From assembly GCA_963771175.1 (NCBI GenBank), contig CAVYSY010000047.1, positions 1 through 64,000 on the forward strand: 64,000 nt of DNA, written 5' to 3'. The stretch is from an uncultured delta proteobacterium. Lineage in GTDB: Bacteria; Myxococcota; Myxococcia; Myxococcales; Myxococcaceae. Below, piece by piece: positions 49,879-60,199 of this stretch (its first letter is position 1; the number at the start of each line of letters is the position of its first letter). The notes under the pieces are model-generated. The model made no database searches. It had not been told where the DNA came from and was given only the letters and a program-made list of their open reading frames with translations. A program made the position numbers and the translations under genes.

Positions 49879-50847
49879 CTACTCGGCCGGGATGAGGAAG
49901 TCCTTGATGACGGCCATGTGCTGCATGTTGGTGGCACCGCTGTCGGTGCTCAGCGCCGGGGAGATGTCCGAGAGTGGCGAGTACACGCGCGTGTCCACTA
50001 CGAGGCCCGCGCTGAAGGAGCTGGAGCCGATGACGGTGGACGTCTGGTAGGCGCGCAGGTCCGAGTCCACGAGCACATGGTCGTACGGCTTGGCGCGGGT
50101 GGCGTTGGTGTTGCCGTTGCCGTTCTTGTCGACCGGGTACGGGCCGCTGGTGGTCACCACCTGGCTGAAGGTGCTGAAGCAGCTCTCGGTGCGGGTGCCG
50201 GTGTTGAGGTCCCCGCCGATGGCCAGGTAGTCGCCCGCGGGGATCTTCGACTTGATGAACGACACCAGCGAGGTGGCCTCGTTGTTGCGCGTGGTGGCGT
50301 CCGAGGTGAGCAGATGCACGCTCACCACCCAGAGGTCCTTGGGCCCCGGCACGTCGATGCGCGCCCAGGCGAAGTCGCGGTTGGTGACGTACGGGTCATC
50401 CCACTCGCCCGAGGCGAGGATGGGCCAGCGGCTGATGACGCCGTTCGGAATCTGCGCGCCGGCCTCGCGGTAGAAGGAGAAGCTCGTCCCGAACGCCGTA
50501 TCCACGAAGCCCCGGATGGCGCTGGCCGAGTTGTCGCCGTAGTTGAACTCCTGAATCATCACCACGTCCGGCTTCGTGCCCTGGAAGATGCGGAGGCCGT
50601 GGCCGGGGTCATAGCTCTGGTAGTTGCCGCTGGAGGTATTGGCGGCCATCAGCCGCACCCGGGCGGTGATGAGCAAGGACTCGGGGGAGGTGGCCTCGGG
50701 GGAGGTGGCCTCGGGGGAGACCTCGTTGCCCGGCTGGGGCTCGACGTCCGTGCCGACACCGCACGCCGAGAGTGAGAGGGTGAACAGGGAGAGCAGCAGC
50801 TTGGAACCGAAGCGGGTCTTCTTCGAGAGGGGGGAGAGCTGGCGCAT
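49879..50847 (-). CDS. Endonuclease/exonuclease/phosphatase family lipoprotein
   Basis: LSAC lipobox; MAAN, PDVVMIQE, SVHL, GGDLN, YDHVL, QH; 15-bp SPEAT tandem linker at about 50680-50722. Confidence 0.88.
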   Translation of the reverse strand: MRQLSPLSKKTRFGSKLLLSLFTLSLSACGVGTDVEPQPGNEVSPEATSPEATSPESLLITARVRLMAANTSSGNYQSYDPGHGLRIFQGTKPDVVMIQEFNYGDNSASAIRGFVDTAFGTSFSFYREAGAQIPNGVISRWPILASGEWDDPYVTNRDFAWARIDVPGPKDLWVVSVHLLTSDATTRNNEATSLVSFIKSKIPAGDYLAIGGDLNTGTRTESCFSTFSQVVTTSGPYPVDKNGNGNTNATRAKPYDHVLVDSDLRAYQTSTVIGSSSFSAGLVVDTRVYSPLSDISPALSTDSGATNMQHMAVIKDFLIPAE

Positions 50848-51009
50848 GAGTTCCATCCTGTCCGCGGGAGTGTGGCGCGAGGGGAAGGCTACGCGCAAAC
50901 CCCGGCAAGCCACAGGTGTGTGTCAACGGATGGAGGCCGCACGGGTTCGTTCCCGGCGGCCTCAACCCTGTCGCACCTCGGCGCGAGCGCCTCGTGGGCA
51001 GGTGGAGAC

Positions 51010-52155
51010 TCAGTTGGACTCGGGCTCCGGGGCCAGGCCATGGCAGGTGGCCGGCATGGCATCGAGGCGTCCGTACAGGCCGTGCGTCTCGTCATCCGGA
51101 CCCGACGTGAAGAACAGCGTCTCGGTGGGCTGGTTCAGCACGCCGTTGCCGAAGCTCAAGCCCCACAGGCCATCGATCTTGATGGGCTTCCCGTCGGGCC
51201 GCTCCAGCCGTCCCTCGCAGTGACCATTCTGCGGATCGTAGACGTTGATGATGCCGTCGCCGAAGTTGCCCACCAGCAGCTTGTTGCCGAACTTCCCGAA
51301 GCTGGCGGGCGCCAGCGCCAGGCCCCAGGGCGCGTTCAGCTTGCCGCGAGAGATGAGCCGCCGGACGAGGCGGCCGTTCGTGTCGAAGATGTTGACGTAG
51401 CCAAGCCCCTTGCCGGTGACATCATCCTCCCGGTCCTCGTCCTGCTTGGCGTAGGTCACGTAGAGGGCGCCGTTGATGTTCTGGATGCCGAAGGGCGCGA
51501 AGCCGGCGGGAATGGTCGGGTCCGAGAACGAGCCCGACAGCGTGGCCGGCGCGAACGTCCTGTCGAAGACGTCGATCTTCCCGTTGTGGAAGTCCGTCGC
51601 GTACAGGAAGAAGCCCGTGCCGTTGCCCGCGAGGGCGAGGCCCTTGTAGATGGCGCCCGACGCGGAGTTGTCCACGGCGAGGATGGCGTGGGTGAGATCG
51701 ACACCCGGAGACCAGCCCGAGATGGTCCCGTCCTCGGTCGCGAAGATGAAGCGGCTGGGGCCAGAGGCCCCGCCACTGGTGACGACGAAATCCGCCGAGA
51801 CGCTGAAGACGATGCCGGTCGGGCTGCCCGTGCCCGTGTTGCCCGGAGCCGTCGGGATGGAGACGACGAGGCTCTCGGGAACACCGTCCCCGGTATAGAG
51901 CGTCGAGACGCCCGTCTTGTTGTCGGAGACCCACACGTCGCCCACGGGGTTGAATGCGATGCCCCACGGATTGACCAGGTTCGGGTCAACGTGCGCGGCG
52001 AACCCCGGCCTGTCCGCGACGAGGTTGCGCTGCACGTAGGCGTTGGGCGCCCGGCACGAGTTCTCCGCGGCGCTCACCGCGGGCACCAGGGACGCGGCGA
52101 GCGTCAGTGCCAGGACAGGGCTCCGCCACGACAGTCGATTGAATGAAGCCTTCAT
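51010..52155 (-). CDS. TIGR03118 family secreted protein
   Basis: DPNLVNPWG, PTGIVF, FIFATEDGTISGW, AIYKGLA, LNAPWG, GNFGDG, IDGLWGL. Confidence 0.9.
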   Translation of the reverse strand: MKASFNRLSWRSPVLALTLAASLVPAVSAAENSCRAPNAYVQRNLVADRPGFAAHVDPNLVNPWGIAFNPVGDVWVSDNKTGVSTLYTGDGVPESLVVSIPTAPGNTGTGSPTGIVFSVSADFVVTSGGASGPSRFIFATEDGTISGWSPGVDLTHAILAVDNSASGAIYKGLALAGNGTGFFLYATDFHNGKIDVFDRTFAPATLSGSFSDPTIPAGFAPFGIQNINGALYVTYAKQDEDREDDVTGKGLGYVNIFDTNGRLVRRLISRGKLNAPWGLALAPASFGKFGNKLLVGNFGDGIINVYDPQNGHCEGRLERPDGKPIKIDGLWGLSFGNGVLNQPTETLFFTSGPDDETHGLYGRLDAMPATCHGLAPEPESN

Positions 52156-52460
52156 GTGTCTCCCCCCTCACGAGGCAGCCAGGATGGCGGCCTCGACGGA
52201 CGGGAACCTGGGGGTAGACACGGGGGCCGACAACCGGCCCTGGAGAACGTGAGCGCGGAGGAAGGCCCCTCGCCCCACCCGCGAGGGTGAGCCCCGAAAT
52301 CCCCCCAGCAGGGGCACCGCCGCGCGCCTGGAATACGAGCGGACAGGCGGGGCCCTGTGCTTGTTGCCCTGTCTTCCCGTGCACATCTCGGAGACGACGA
52401 CGGCCGCATGGGACGGCGGGTCAGGGTCCCGCTCGCGGCCACTCGGGGGAGCGACGAGCG

Positions 52461-52820
52461 ATGCGAAAGGCAATCGTGGGCGCGGTGCTGCTGCTGGGAC
52501 TGGTCGGCTGTGCCACGGCGCGGCCGGTGCCAACGGAGCAGTTGGTGGACTCGGAGGTCTCCATCCGCCAGGCGGAGGAAGCCGGAGCCGCGCAGGTGCC
52601 GGACGCGGCGCGCCACCTGCAGTGGGCCCAGGAGCAGACGCGAGAGGCGCGCAGGCTGCTCGAGAAGAACAAGCGCGACCAGGCGGCGCTCTACCTGAAG
52701 CGGGCCGAGGCGGACGCGGAGCTGGCCCTCGCCCTGGCCCGTGAGGCCCCGGCTCGCGCCGAGGCCGAGCGCGTGCGTCAGCAGGTGCAGCAGCTCCAGC
52801 AACAGAACACGGTGCAGTAG
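52461..52820 (+). CDS. DUF4398-type small lipoprotein
   Basis: LVGC lipobox; AEEAGA...LKRAEADAELALALARE. Confidence 0.85.
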   Translation: MRKAIVGAVLLLGLVGCATARPVPTEQLVDSEVSIRQAEEAGAAQVPDAARHLQWAQEQTREARRLLEKNKRDQAALYLKRAEADAELALALAREAPARAEAERVRQQVQQLQQQNTVQ

Positions 52821-52871
52821 CCACGGACACACGGAAGGCGCATCGAGCAATCGATGCCGGAGGACACGGTC

Positions 52872-54023
52872 ATGTGGGGATGGAAGCGTCTGACGTGGGG
52901 CGTGCTTGGCGCCGCTGTCATCGCGGGATGCGCGGCGAGCACCCCGCGCGAGCTGCTGGATGCGCGCTATGCCTATCAAAAGGCCTCCACGGGGCCCGCG
53001 GCCCAGTACAGCCCCGAGTACCTCGCCGAGGCACGCGAGGCGCTCGATGCGGCCAACCGCTCCTTCGAAAGCGAGCGGGACTCGGAGCGCACACGCTCGC
53101 TGGCGTACATCGCGCTGCGCAAGGCCCAGACCGCCGAGACGCGCGCCCAGCTCGCCCTCTCCGAGCAGGAGCGCCAGCTCGCGGAGCATCAGCTCGCCGC
53201 GGCCCGCTACTCCGACCAGGAGCGCATGCGCCAGGAGCTGGACAAAGCACGCGCCGAGCTCGCCGAGGCCCAACGCATCCGCGAGGAGGCGGAGCAGCGG
53301 CAGGCCCAGCTCCAGCAGGAGCAGCAAGCGGCGGCACAGCAGGCGGCACAGCAGCAGGAGGTGGAGCGGGCCCAACGCGAGGAGGAGGAACGACAGGCGC
53401 GGCTCGCCGAGGCCCAGGCGCACATGGACCAGCTCAACACCCAGCTCGAGCAGGAGCGCCAGGCGCGTCTCCAGGCCGAGCAGCGCGCGACCCAGGCCGA
53501 GGCCGAGGCACGCGCCCAGGCGCAGGTCGCCCAGGAGTTGCGCAACATCCAGCAACTGCGCGTGACGGAGGAGCCGCGAGGGCTCGTGCTGACGCTCTCC
53601 GGCAGCGTGCTCTTCCGCTCGGGCAGCTCGGACCTGCTGCCGTCGGCGAAGCGGCGGCTCAATGAGGTGGCCGAGGCCCTGAAGAAGGCCCAGAACCCGC
53701 TGGTCATCGAGGGCCACACCGACAGCCAGGGCCCCGATGAGTTCAACGAGGAGCTCTCGCTCTCACGTGCCGACTCCGTGCGCGACTACCTCATCGACCA
53801 GGGCGTGGACAGCGAGCGCATCCGCACCACGGGCATGGGCGAGGCGCGCCCCATCGCCTCCAACAAGAACCCCGAGGGTCGCGCGAACAACCGCCGGGTG
53901 GAGATCGTCATCGAGCGCGGTGTGGGTGGTGCCGGTGCCCAGCAGGAGCAGGAGCAGGAACAGGAGCAGGCTCCGAGCACTCCAGAGCAGTCGGCCCCGG
54001 AGCAGCCCGTGCCGACGCCGTAA
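52872..54023 (+). CDS. OmpA-family peptidoglycan-binding lipoprotein (DUF4398 + coiled coil + OmpA C domain)
   Basis: IAGC lipobox; IEGHTDS...NEELSLSRADSV...GRANNRRVEI. Confidence 0.92.
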   Translation: MWGWKRLTWGVLGAAVIAGCAASTPRELLDARYAYQKASTGPAAQYSPEYLAEAREALDAANRSFESERDSERTRSLAYIALRKAQTAETRAQLALSEQERQLAEHQLAAARYSDQERMRQELDKARAELAEAQRIREEAEQRQAQLQQEQQAAAQQAAQQQEVERAQREEEERQARLAEAQAHMDQLNTQLEQERQARLQAEQRATQAEAEARAQAQVAQELRNIQQLRVTEEPRGLVLTLSGSVLFRSGSSDLLPSAKRRLNEVAEALKKAQNPLVIEGHTDSQGPDEFNEELSLSRADSVRDYLIDQGVDSERIRTTGMGEARPIASNKNPEGRANNRRVEIVIERGVGGAGAQQEQEQEQEQAPSTPEQSAPEQPVPTP

Positions 54024-54043
54024 GCCGCGCTGCGTTTTCAAAT

Positions 54044-54079
54044 GAAACGGCCCCGCCACCTCGAGGGCAGCGGGGCCGA
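54044..54079. terminator. Hairpin terminator between convergent genes
   Basis: CGGCCCCGC...GCGGGGCCG stem with GAAA on the left. Confidence 0.6.
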
Positions 54080-54101
54080 TGGCTACCGAACGGCGTGGGC
54101 C

Positions 54102-55313
54102 TTACGGCTTGGCCGGGGCGGCGGTGAGCTGCGAGGGGTGCGTGGGCACCTGGAGCTCACCGGAGACGATCTTGCCGCGCAGCTCCTCGACCTTCTGGAG
54201 GGCCTCGGCCTTGCCCGGGAAGTCCACGCGCACGGGAGCGTAGGTGACGCCGCCCTCCTTCAGGCCCAGCACCACGTCCCCGCCCTGGAGCTTGCCCTCG
54301 GCCAGGTCACGCACGGCCTCGTAGACGCCCAGGTCCACGCGCTTGATCATCGAGGTCAGCACCGCCTCCGGGGCCACGTGGGACTGGTCCGAGTCCACGC
54401 CGATGACGAACACGGGCTTGCCGGCGGCGCGCGCCTCCTTCACCGCCTGGATGACGCCCAGGCCGTCCGAGCCGGCCGCGTGGTAGACGATGTCCGCGCC
54501 CTTCGTCACCAGGTCCTGGCCCACCTGCTTGCCGGCGGCCACGTTGTCGAAGCTACCGGTGTAGTTCACCAGCACGGTGGCCTTGGGGTTGGTGGCGGCC
54601 ACGCCCGCGCGGAAACCGGCCTCGAACTTCTTGATGAGGGGCACCTCCATGCCGCCCACGAAGCCCACCTTGTTGTTCTTGGTGGTCAGGCCGGCCAGCG
54701 CGCCCACCAGGAAGCTGCCCTGCTCCTCGCGGTACATCACCGAGCGCACGTTGGGCAGGATGTAGGGCTTGCCCTCGGCATCGGCCAGGGTGCTGTCGAT
54801 GAGCAGGAACTTCGTGTCCGGGTTGCGCTTGGCCACCGTCTCCACGGCGTTCTCGAGCATGAAGCCCACGCCGATGGCCAGGGACACGCCCTGGTCCACC
54901 AGGAGCTGCAGGTTGGGCTCGTAGTCCTCCGGCACCTTGCTCTGCAGCACCACCGGGGTGACGCCCACCGGGGCGATGTTGCGCGAGGCCAGGTCCTGCT
55001 GGAGCGTCTCCTTCAGCTCCTCCGGGGTGGCGTCCTTGTAGCTGCCACCCTCCATCTTCTTGCCCGCGCCCCACAGCTCCAGGCCGCGCAGCGCCGAGTC
55101 GTTGAAGGAGTGGTCACCGCGGCCGCCCACGTCCGTCACGAGGCCAACCTTCAGCGCCTTCTCCTTCGGAGCGGCGGCCGGAGCGTTCACGGCGGCGGTG
55201 GTCTCTGCGGGCTTGGCGGCCTCGGGCTTCGCCTCCTCCTGCTTCTTGCAGGCGGACACGAGCAGCAGGCCAGACATCAGGGAGATGCGCAGGGCGGAGC
55301 GAGCAGTAGGCAT
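54102..55313 (-). CDS. BMP/PnrA family ABC substrate-binding lipoprotein (nucleoside-type)
   Basis: VSAC lipobox; DVGGRGDHSFN, YREEQGSFLVG, IGVDSDQ, TSMIKRVD. Confidence 0.92.
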   Translation of the reverse strand: MPTARSALRISLMSGLLLVSACKKQEEAKPEAAKPAETTAAVNAPAAAPKEKALKVGLVTDVGGRGDHSFNDSALRGLELWGAGKKMEGGSYKDATPEELKETLQQDLASRNIAPVGVTPVVLQSKVPEDYEPNLQLLVDQGVSLAIGVGFMLENAVETVAKRNPDTKFLLIDSTLADAEGKPYILPNVRSVMYREEQGSFLVGALAGLTTKNNKVGFVGGMEVPLIKKFEAGFRAGVAATNPKATVLVNYTGSFDNVAAGKQVGQDLVTKGADIVYHAAGSDGLGVIQAVKEARAAGKPVFVIGVDSDQSHVAPEAVLTSMIKRVDLGVYEAVRDLAEGKLQGGDVVLGLKEGGVTYAPVRVDFPGKAEALQKVEELRGKIVSGELQVPTHPSQLTAAPAKP

Positions 55314-55351
55314 GGCGCGGCCTCTAGCAGAGCCGCGCCCTCCTCTTCAAG

Positions 55352-56281
55352 TCACGCCAGGAGTGCCGCGCCGATAAGACCACTGTCGTCGCCCAGCTCG
55401 GCATCGCTGATGAGCAGCCCCTCGCGCGAGGTGTTGGAGGCATAGGCCTGCACGCCCTCCAGCACGCGCCGCCGCATGCCCGGGCAGTGCGACAGCACGC
55501 CGCCTCCCAGGATGAGCCGCGCCGGGTTGAGCACCGTCACCTGGTTGGCCACGGCGAGAGCCAGCATGAGGCTGGCACGCTCGTAGATCTCCCGCGCCTC
55601 CAAATCACCCGCGTCCGCCGCCTGCTCCAGCATCACCGGCGTCACCCGGGAGGGGTCTCCGTCCGTCAGCTCCTTCAGGATGAGCGAGTGCCCGGTGGCC
55701 AGCAGCTCGCGCGTCTGCGCGATGAGGTTGTGGCCGCCCGCATACGCCTCCAGGCAGCCCAGCTCGCCGCAGCCGCACCGGCGCCCGTTGGGCACCACCT
55801 TGATGTGGCCCAGCTCGCCCGCCACGCCCCCGCCACCATTCACCAGCCTGCCGCCGGCGATGATGGCGCTGCCCACGCCCGAGCCCACGAACACCGTGAA
55901 CATGTCCAGGGCCCCGCGCCCGGCTCCGGCGTTGAGCTCGCCCCAGGCGGCGGCGGACAGGTCGTTCACCACCCGGACGCTGAAGCCGAGCCGCACCCGG
56001 AGCATTTCCCCCAGCGGCACGTTGCGCCAGCCGAGGTTGGGCGCCACCGCCAGCACACCCGACTCACCGTGGATCTGCCCGGCGGCACCCACGCCACACG
56101 CCGTCACCGGCATTCGGGCCGACGCCACCGCGGACTCCGCCGCGTGGGCGATGGACTCCACCACCGCGGAGGGGCTGCGCTCGCCGAGCGCGACCTTCGA
56201 GGCGACGATGATCTTCCCCTGCTCGTCCACCACCGCCGCGCGGGCGAACGTGCCTCCCAGGTCGATTCCGAGCGTGGGCAT
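55352..56281 (-). CDS. ROK family sugar kinase (glucokinase-like)
   Basis: GIDLGGT, VNDLSAAAWGE, GELGH...CGCGELGCLE. Confidence 0.92.
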   Translation of the reverse strand: MPTLGIDLGGTFARAAVVDEQGKIIVASKVALGERSPSAVVESIAHAAESAVASARMPVTACGVGAAGQIHGESGVLAVAPNLGWRNVPLGEMLRVRLGFSVRVVNDLSAAAWGELNAGAGRGALDMFTVFVGSGVGSAIIAGGRLVNGGGGVAGELGHIKVVPNGRRCGCGELGCLEAYAGGHNLIAQTRELLATGHSLILKELTDGDPSRVTPVMLEQAADAGDLEAREIYERASLMLALAVANQVTVLNPARLILGGGVLSHCPGMRRRVLEGVQAYASNTSREGLLISDAELGDDSGLIGAALLA

Positions 56282-56350
56282 GTGGGTCCTCCGGTCGGGC
56301 AATCAGCCCTTGAGCATGGAGACGAGAGCCGCGAGGCAGGTGCGCCTGCC

Positions 56351-57721
56351 TCAGGTGCCGACTTCGCGCTGCATCTTCGCCACCGTGCCCTCGATGAGCT
56401 GGCGGATCTCCTCCAGCCGCTCGGGAGTACGGGCCTCGAAGCGCAGCACCAGGATGGGCTGGGTGTTGGAGGCGCGGATGAGGCCCCACCCGTCCGGGAA
56501 GGTCACTCGCACGCCGTCCACGTCCACCAGCGAGTAGCCCGCCGCGCGCAGCCACTCGGTGGCGCGCTTGACGATCTCGAACTTCTTCTCCTCCACCGTG
56601 TCCACGCGCAGCTCGGGCGAGGCGTACGTCTTGGGCACGTCCGCCAGCAGCTCGGACAGCGTGGCCTTCTCGTGGGTGAGGATCTCCAGCAGGCGCGCCG
56701 AGGAGTACACGGCGTCGTCGAAGCCGAAGTAGCGGTTCTTGAAGAAGATGTGGCCGCTCATCTCGCCGGCCAGCTCCGCGTGCTCCTCCTTCATCTTCGC
56801 CTTGATGAGGGAGTGGCCCGCCTTCCACATCACCGGCTTGCCGCCGTGCTTCGCGATGTCGTCATAGAGGGTGTAGGAGCACTTCACCTCGCCGACGATG
56901 GCCGCGCCCGGGCTCTCCTTCAGCACGTAGCGGCTGAAGAGGATCATGATCTGATCGCCCCAGAGGATGTTGCCCTGGTCGTCCACCACGCCGATGCGGT
57001 CGCTGTCGCCGTCGTAGGCGATGCCCACCTCGGCCTTCTCGCGCTTCACCGCCGCGATGAGGTCCTGCATGTTCTCCACCACCGTGGGGTCCGGGTGGTG
57101 GTTGGGGAAGGTGGCGTCCATCTCGCAGAAGAGCGGGACGACGTCGAAGCCCATGGCCTCGAAGAGCGGCACGGCGATGGCGCCGCCGGTGCCGTTGCCC
57201 GCGTCGATGACGATCTTCATCCCCTTGCGGCCCACCTTCACCGTCTGGCGGACGAAGTGGTTGTACGGGGTGATGATGTCGAACTCGCTCACGGTGCCCG
57301 GCTTGTCGGAGTGCTCGAAGTCGCGCGCCTCGATGAGCCGGCGCAGCGCCTGGATCTCGTGACCGTGGAAGGTCGTCTTGCCGGCGCCAATCTTGAAGCC
57401 GTTGTACTCGGGCGGGTTGTGGCTGCCGGTGATCATCGCCAGGCCGTCCACCGGCAGGGTGTTGGCGGCGAAGTAGGTCAGCGGGGTGGGCACCACGCCG
57501 ACGTCGAGCACGTTGAGACCGGTGGAGGTGAGGCCACGGCAGAGGGCGTCGCGGAAGCGGGTGGAGGACTCGCGGCAGTCGCGGCCGACCACGATGGAGC
57601 GTCCGCCCTGGCGCCGCACCACGGTGCCGAGTCCCTTCCCCAGCAGTTCCACCACCTCGACGGTGAGGTCCTTATCCACCAGGCCACGGATGTCGTACTC
57701 GCGGAAGATGTGCGCGTTCAT
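56351..57721 (-). CDS. Phosphomannomutase/phosphoglucomutase
   Basis: IFREYDIRG, ITGSHNP, DGDSDR, GEMSGH, RASNTQP. Confidence 0.95.
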   Translation of the reverse strand: MNAHIFREYDIRGLVDKDLTVEVVELLGKGLGTVVRRQGGRSIVVGRDCRESSTRFRDALCRGLTSTGLNVLDVGVVPTPLTYFAANTLPVDGLAMITGSHNPPEYNGFKIGAGKTTFHGHEIQALRRLIEARDFEHSDKPGTVSEFDIITPYNHFVRQTVKVGRKGMKIVIDAGNGTGGAIAVPLFEAMGFDVVPLFCEMDATFPNHHPDPTVVENMQDLIAAVKREKAEVGIAYDGDSDRIGVVDDQGNILWGDQIMILFSRYVLKESPGAAIVGEVKCSYTLYDDIAKHGGKPVMWKAGHSLIKAKMKEEHAELAGEMSGHIFFKNRYFGFDDAVYSSARLLEILTHEKATLSELLADVPKTYASPELRVDTVEEKKFEIVKRATEWLRAAGYSLVDVDGVRVTFPDGWGLIRASNTQPILVLRFEARTPERLEEIRQLIEGTVAKMQREVGT

Positions 57722-57893
57722 GAGGCTGTTTCCTGAAAGCCCTCGGGGGGCATGTCGAGGGCGGCGCACTGTACACAAGCGCGGGGCGGTGGAGTATGCA
57801 AGCGAGGTCTTTCCAACCCCTTGAAATCCGAGCCTTTCAGGTGGCGGACATGAGCGGGCCTTCTGACCTGCTTGCACTGGGGACGGGGGAGGC

Positions 57894-59045
57894 TCAGCCG
57901 GCGGTCCGGGCCTCCAGCTCGCGGTCGAAGTCCACGAGCGCCCGGACGATGTGCTCCCGCGAGTCGGAGAGCAGCAGGTACCGCGCGTAGTCGTGCCCCC
58001 GGGCGAGCTGCTCCAGGAGCGGGTAGACCGGGCGCGTCCGCGTCCAGAACTCCTGGCCCAGGAAGATCATCGGGCTGACCACGCCCACGGTGTTGTAGTG
58101 GTTCTGGCAGGCATCCTGGAAGACCTCCTGGATGGTGCCAGCGCTGCCCGGGGAGTAGATGACGCCCCCCTTCGCGATGGTGAGCAGGCCGTCCTCGCGC
58201 ACGCTGTTGGCGAAGTACTTGGCGATGTGGGTGGCGAAGGGATTGGGCGGCTCGTGGCCGTAGTGCCAGGTGGGGAGGCCCAGGCTCTCGCAGGCCGGGC
58301 GGTCCTCGTCCCGCAGCGGCCAGGCCGCGCGCACCTCGAAGGCCCGCGCGAGCCACTCCCGGTCCTGGTAGCTCGGGGCCTTGGACAGCAGCGCGAGGGC
58401 CGAGTCCAGCTCCGCCTCGCTCCGGCGGGCGAACCAGGCGCCCAGGTGCGTGGCCTCCATGGCGCCCGGTCCCCCGCCGCTCACCAGGAAGAAGCCGAGG
58501 CGCGCCAGCTCGCGGGCCAGCTCCGCCACGGCGCGGTAGTCGGGCTGTCCCCGGCGCATGGAGTGGCCGCCCATGATGGCCACCACCTTGCGCGGGCGAC
58601 CCTGGTGGGCGAGCACATCCTCCATGGCATCGGTGACGGCATGGTCATGGAGCCGCTGCGCCAGCGTCTCCAGCAGCGAGGGAGGGTTGGCCCCGCCGCG
58701 CGAGTTCCAATGGGCGTAGATGCGGGCGTCGGGCGTGTCCGCGTAGCTCTCGGGGCGCGCGGGGTCGAAGCCGGCGTACAGCTCCTCCGGGGTGTAGAGG
58801 CTCCCCCGGTAGGGCGAATAGGGCAGCCCCGAGAAGGGCGGGAAGACCATGGCCCCGTGCGCGAGGACGGCCTGCAGCGTGTCCTTCTCGAGCTGGCAGC
58901 CCAGGAAGACGGTGCCGGTGAGGTCCGCGGCCAGCAACGCCCGGGTGCGCCCCGTCAGGTCGAGCCCCTGCAGGATGACGTTGGCGAGGCTCCTCCCGCT
59001 CGCCAGGTGCTGCTCGAATACCGCGAGGCTCTCAATCTCGACCAC
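57894..59045 (-). CDS. LOG-like (Rossmann-fold) nucleotide monophosphate nucleosidase family protein
   Basis: SGGGPGAMEA, FANSVREDGL, PGSAGTIQE. Confidence 0.85.
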   Translation of the reverse strand: MVEIESLAVFEQHLASGRSLANVILQGLDLTGRTRALLAADLTGTVFLGCQLEKDTLQAVLAHGAMVFPPFSGLPYSPYRGSLYTPEELYAGFDPARPESYADTPDARIYAHWNSRGGANPPSLLETLAQRLHDHAVTDAMEDVLAHQGRPRKVVAIMGGHSMRRGQPDYRAVAELARELARLGFFLVSGGGPGAMEATHLGAWFARRSEAELDSALALLSKAPSYQDREWLARAFEVRAAWPLRDEDRPACESLGLPTWHYGHEPPNPFATHIAKYFANSVREDGLLTIAKGGVIYSPGSAGTIQEVFQDACQNHYNTVGVVSPMIFLGQEFWTRTRPVYPLLEQLARGHDYARYLLLSDSREHIVRALVDFDRELEARTAG

Positions 59046-59158
59046 GCCAACCTCCCGTGAGTGCGAAGAGCATCGAGGCTATCAGGAGACCCTCGCCTCC
59101 GGGATGAATCCTCGGGCCTTCATGACCAATCCCGAGAAGCCGTGTTCGAGGGAGCACC

Positions 59159-60199
59159 TCATCTCAGCCTGTCCCGTCTTTGCCGTGTCAGCTCCGCTTC
59201 GAGTTCCTGGACGGAAGGCAGGCTCCTGGCAAGGTTGTTGGGCAATCGCTCGGTCAGCCTGTATGCGGAGACTCCGATGGGCCTTTTCGTGTCCCTGAGG
59301 GCGTACTCGACGATGACCCGGTCCCGCTCCTTGCAGAGGATGAGCCCGATACTGGGCTGATCACTCTCATGGCGGAGAGTGTCGTCCACAGCCGACAGAT
59401 AGAAGTTCATCTTCCCGGCGTATTCTGGCTCGAACTCGCCCGTCTTCAGCTCGATGACGACGAAGCAGCGCAGGCGCAGGTGATAGAAGAGCAGATCGAT
59501 GTAGAAGTCCTTCTTTGCTACTTCGATGGGCACCTGGCTGCCGACGAAGGCGAAGCCAACCCCCAGTTCCAACAGAAAGTCTCGAATGTGGACCAGCAAC
59601 TCACGCTCGAGCTCCCGCTCTCGAAGTTCCAAGCCGAACGGCAGGAAGTCGAGGGTGTACGGATCCTTGAGCGTCTGTTGAGCGAGATCTGACTGGGGCG
59701 GGGGCAGAGTCTGGGCAAAGTTCGTGATGGCATGACCCTGCCGCCGGTGCAGTCCCCCATCGATCTGGTGCACCAACACATTGCGAGACCAACCATGCTC
59801 GAGGGTCTGGCGCACGTAGAAGAGCCGGTGCTCCGGGTCACGGACACGGTCAAGCAACCGCACATGGTGGCCCCAGGGGATTCGTGCAACAAGTTGTTGC
59901 ACAATTGGCTCATCAGGCCACGCCTCGGCGAAAGCCCGCATGTACTGCAGATTGCGGACGGAGAAGCCCTTGTTCGAGGGGAAGGCCCGCCGCAAATCCG
60001 CGCTGAGCCGGTCAATGACCTGGGCGCCCCACCCTTCCCGGGCCTGCTGATCCAGGAGCTTCCGTCCAATCCGCCAGTACAGCAGGACGAGTTCGGAGTT
60101 CGCCGAGAACACCGCGCGAACCTGCGCTTGGCGGATACCAACCTTCAGATCCTCCAAGAACCTGGCGTAACCGGGGGGAACGAATGAGCGGGGAGACAT
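59159..60199 (-). CDS. YhcG/DUF1016 family PD-(D/E)XK nuclease-domain protein
   Basis: YWRIG, GFSVRNLQYM, KDPYTLDFL, FLLELGVGFAFVG, IDLLFYH...VIELK, GKMNFYL; A/T-richer than its neighbours. Confidence 0.92.
   Translation of the reverse strand: MSPRSFVPPGYARFLEDLKVGIRQAQVRAVFSANSELVLLYWRIGRKLLDQQAREGWGAQVIDRLSADLRRAFPSNKGFSVRNLQYMRAFAEAWPDEPIVQQLVARIPWGHHVRLLDRVRDPEHRLFYVRQTLEHGWSRNVLVHQIDGGLHRRQGHAITNFAQTLPPPQSDLAQQTLKDPYTLDFLPFGLELRERELERELLVHIRDFLLELGVGFAFVGSQVPIEVAKKDFYIDLLFYHLRLRCFVVIELKTGEFEPEYAGKMNFYLSAVDDTLRHESDQPSIGLILCKERDRVIVEYALRDTKRPIGVSAYRLTERLPNNLARSLPSVQELEAELTRQRRDRLR

Noticed and set aside
59095..59120. REP-like palindrome GCCTCCGGGATGAATCCTCGGGC
   Set aside because: Imperfect, single copy in the window, and no associated transposase.
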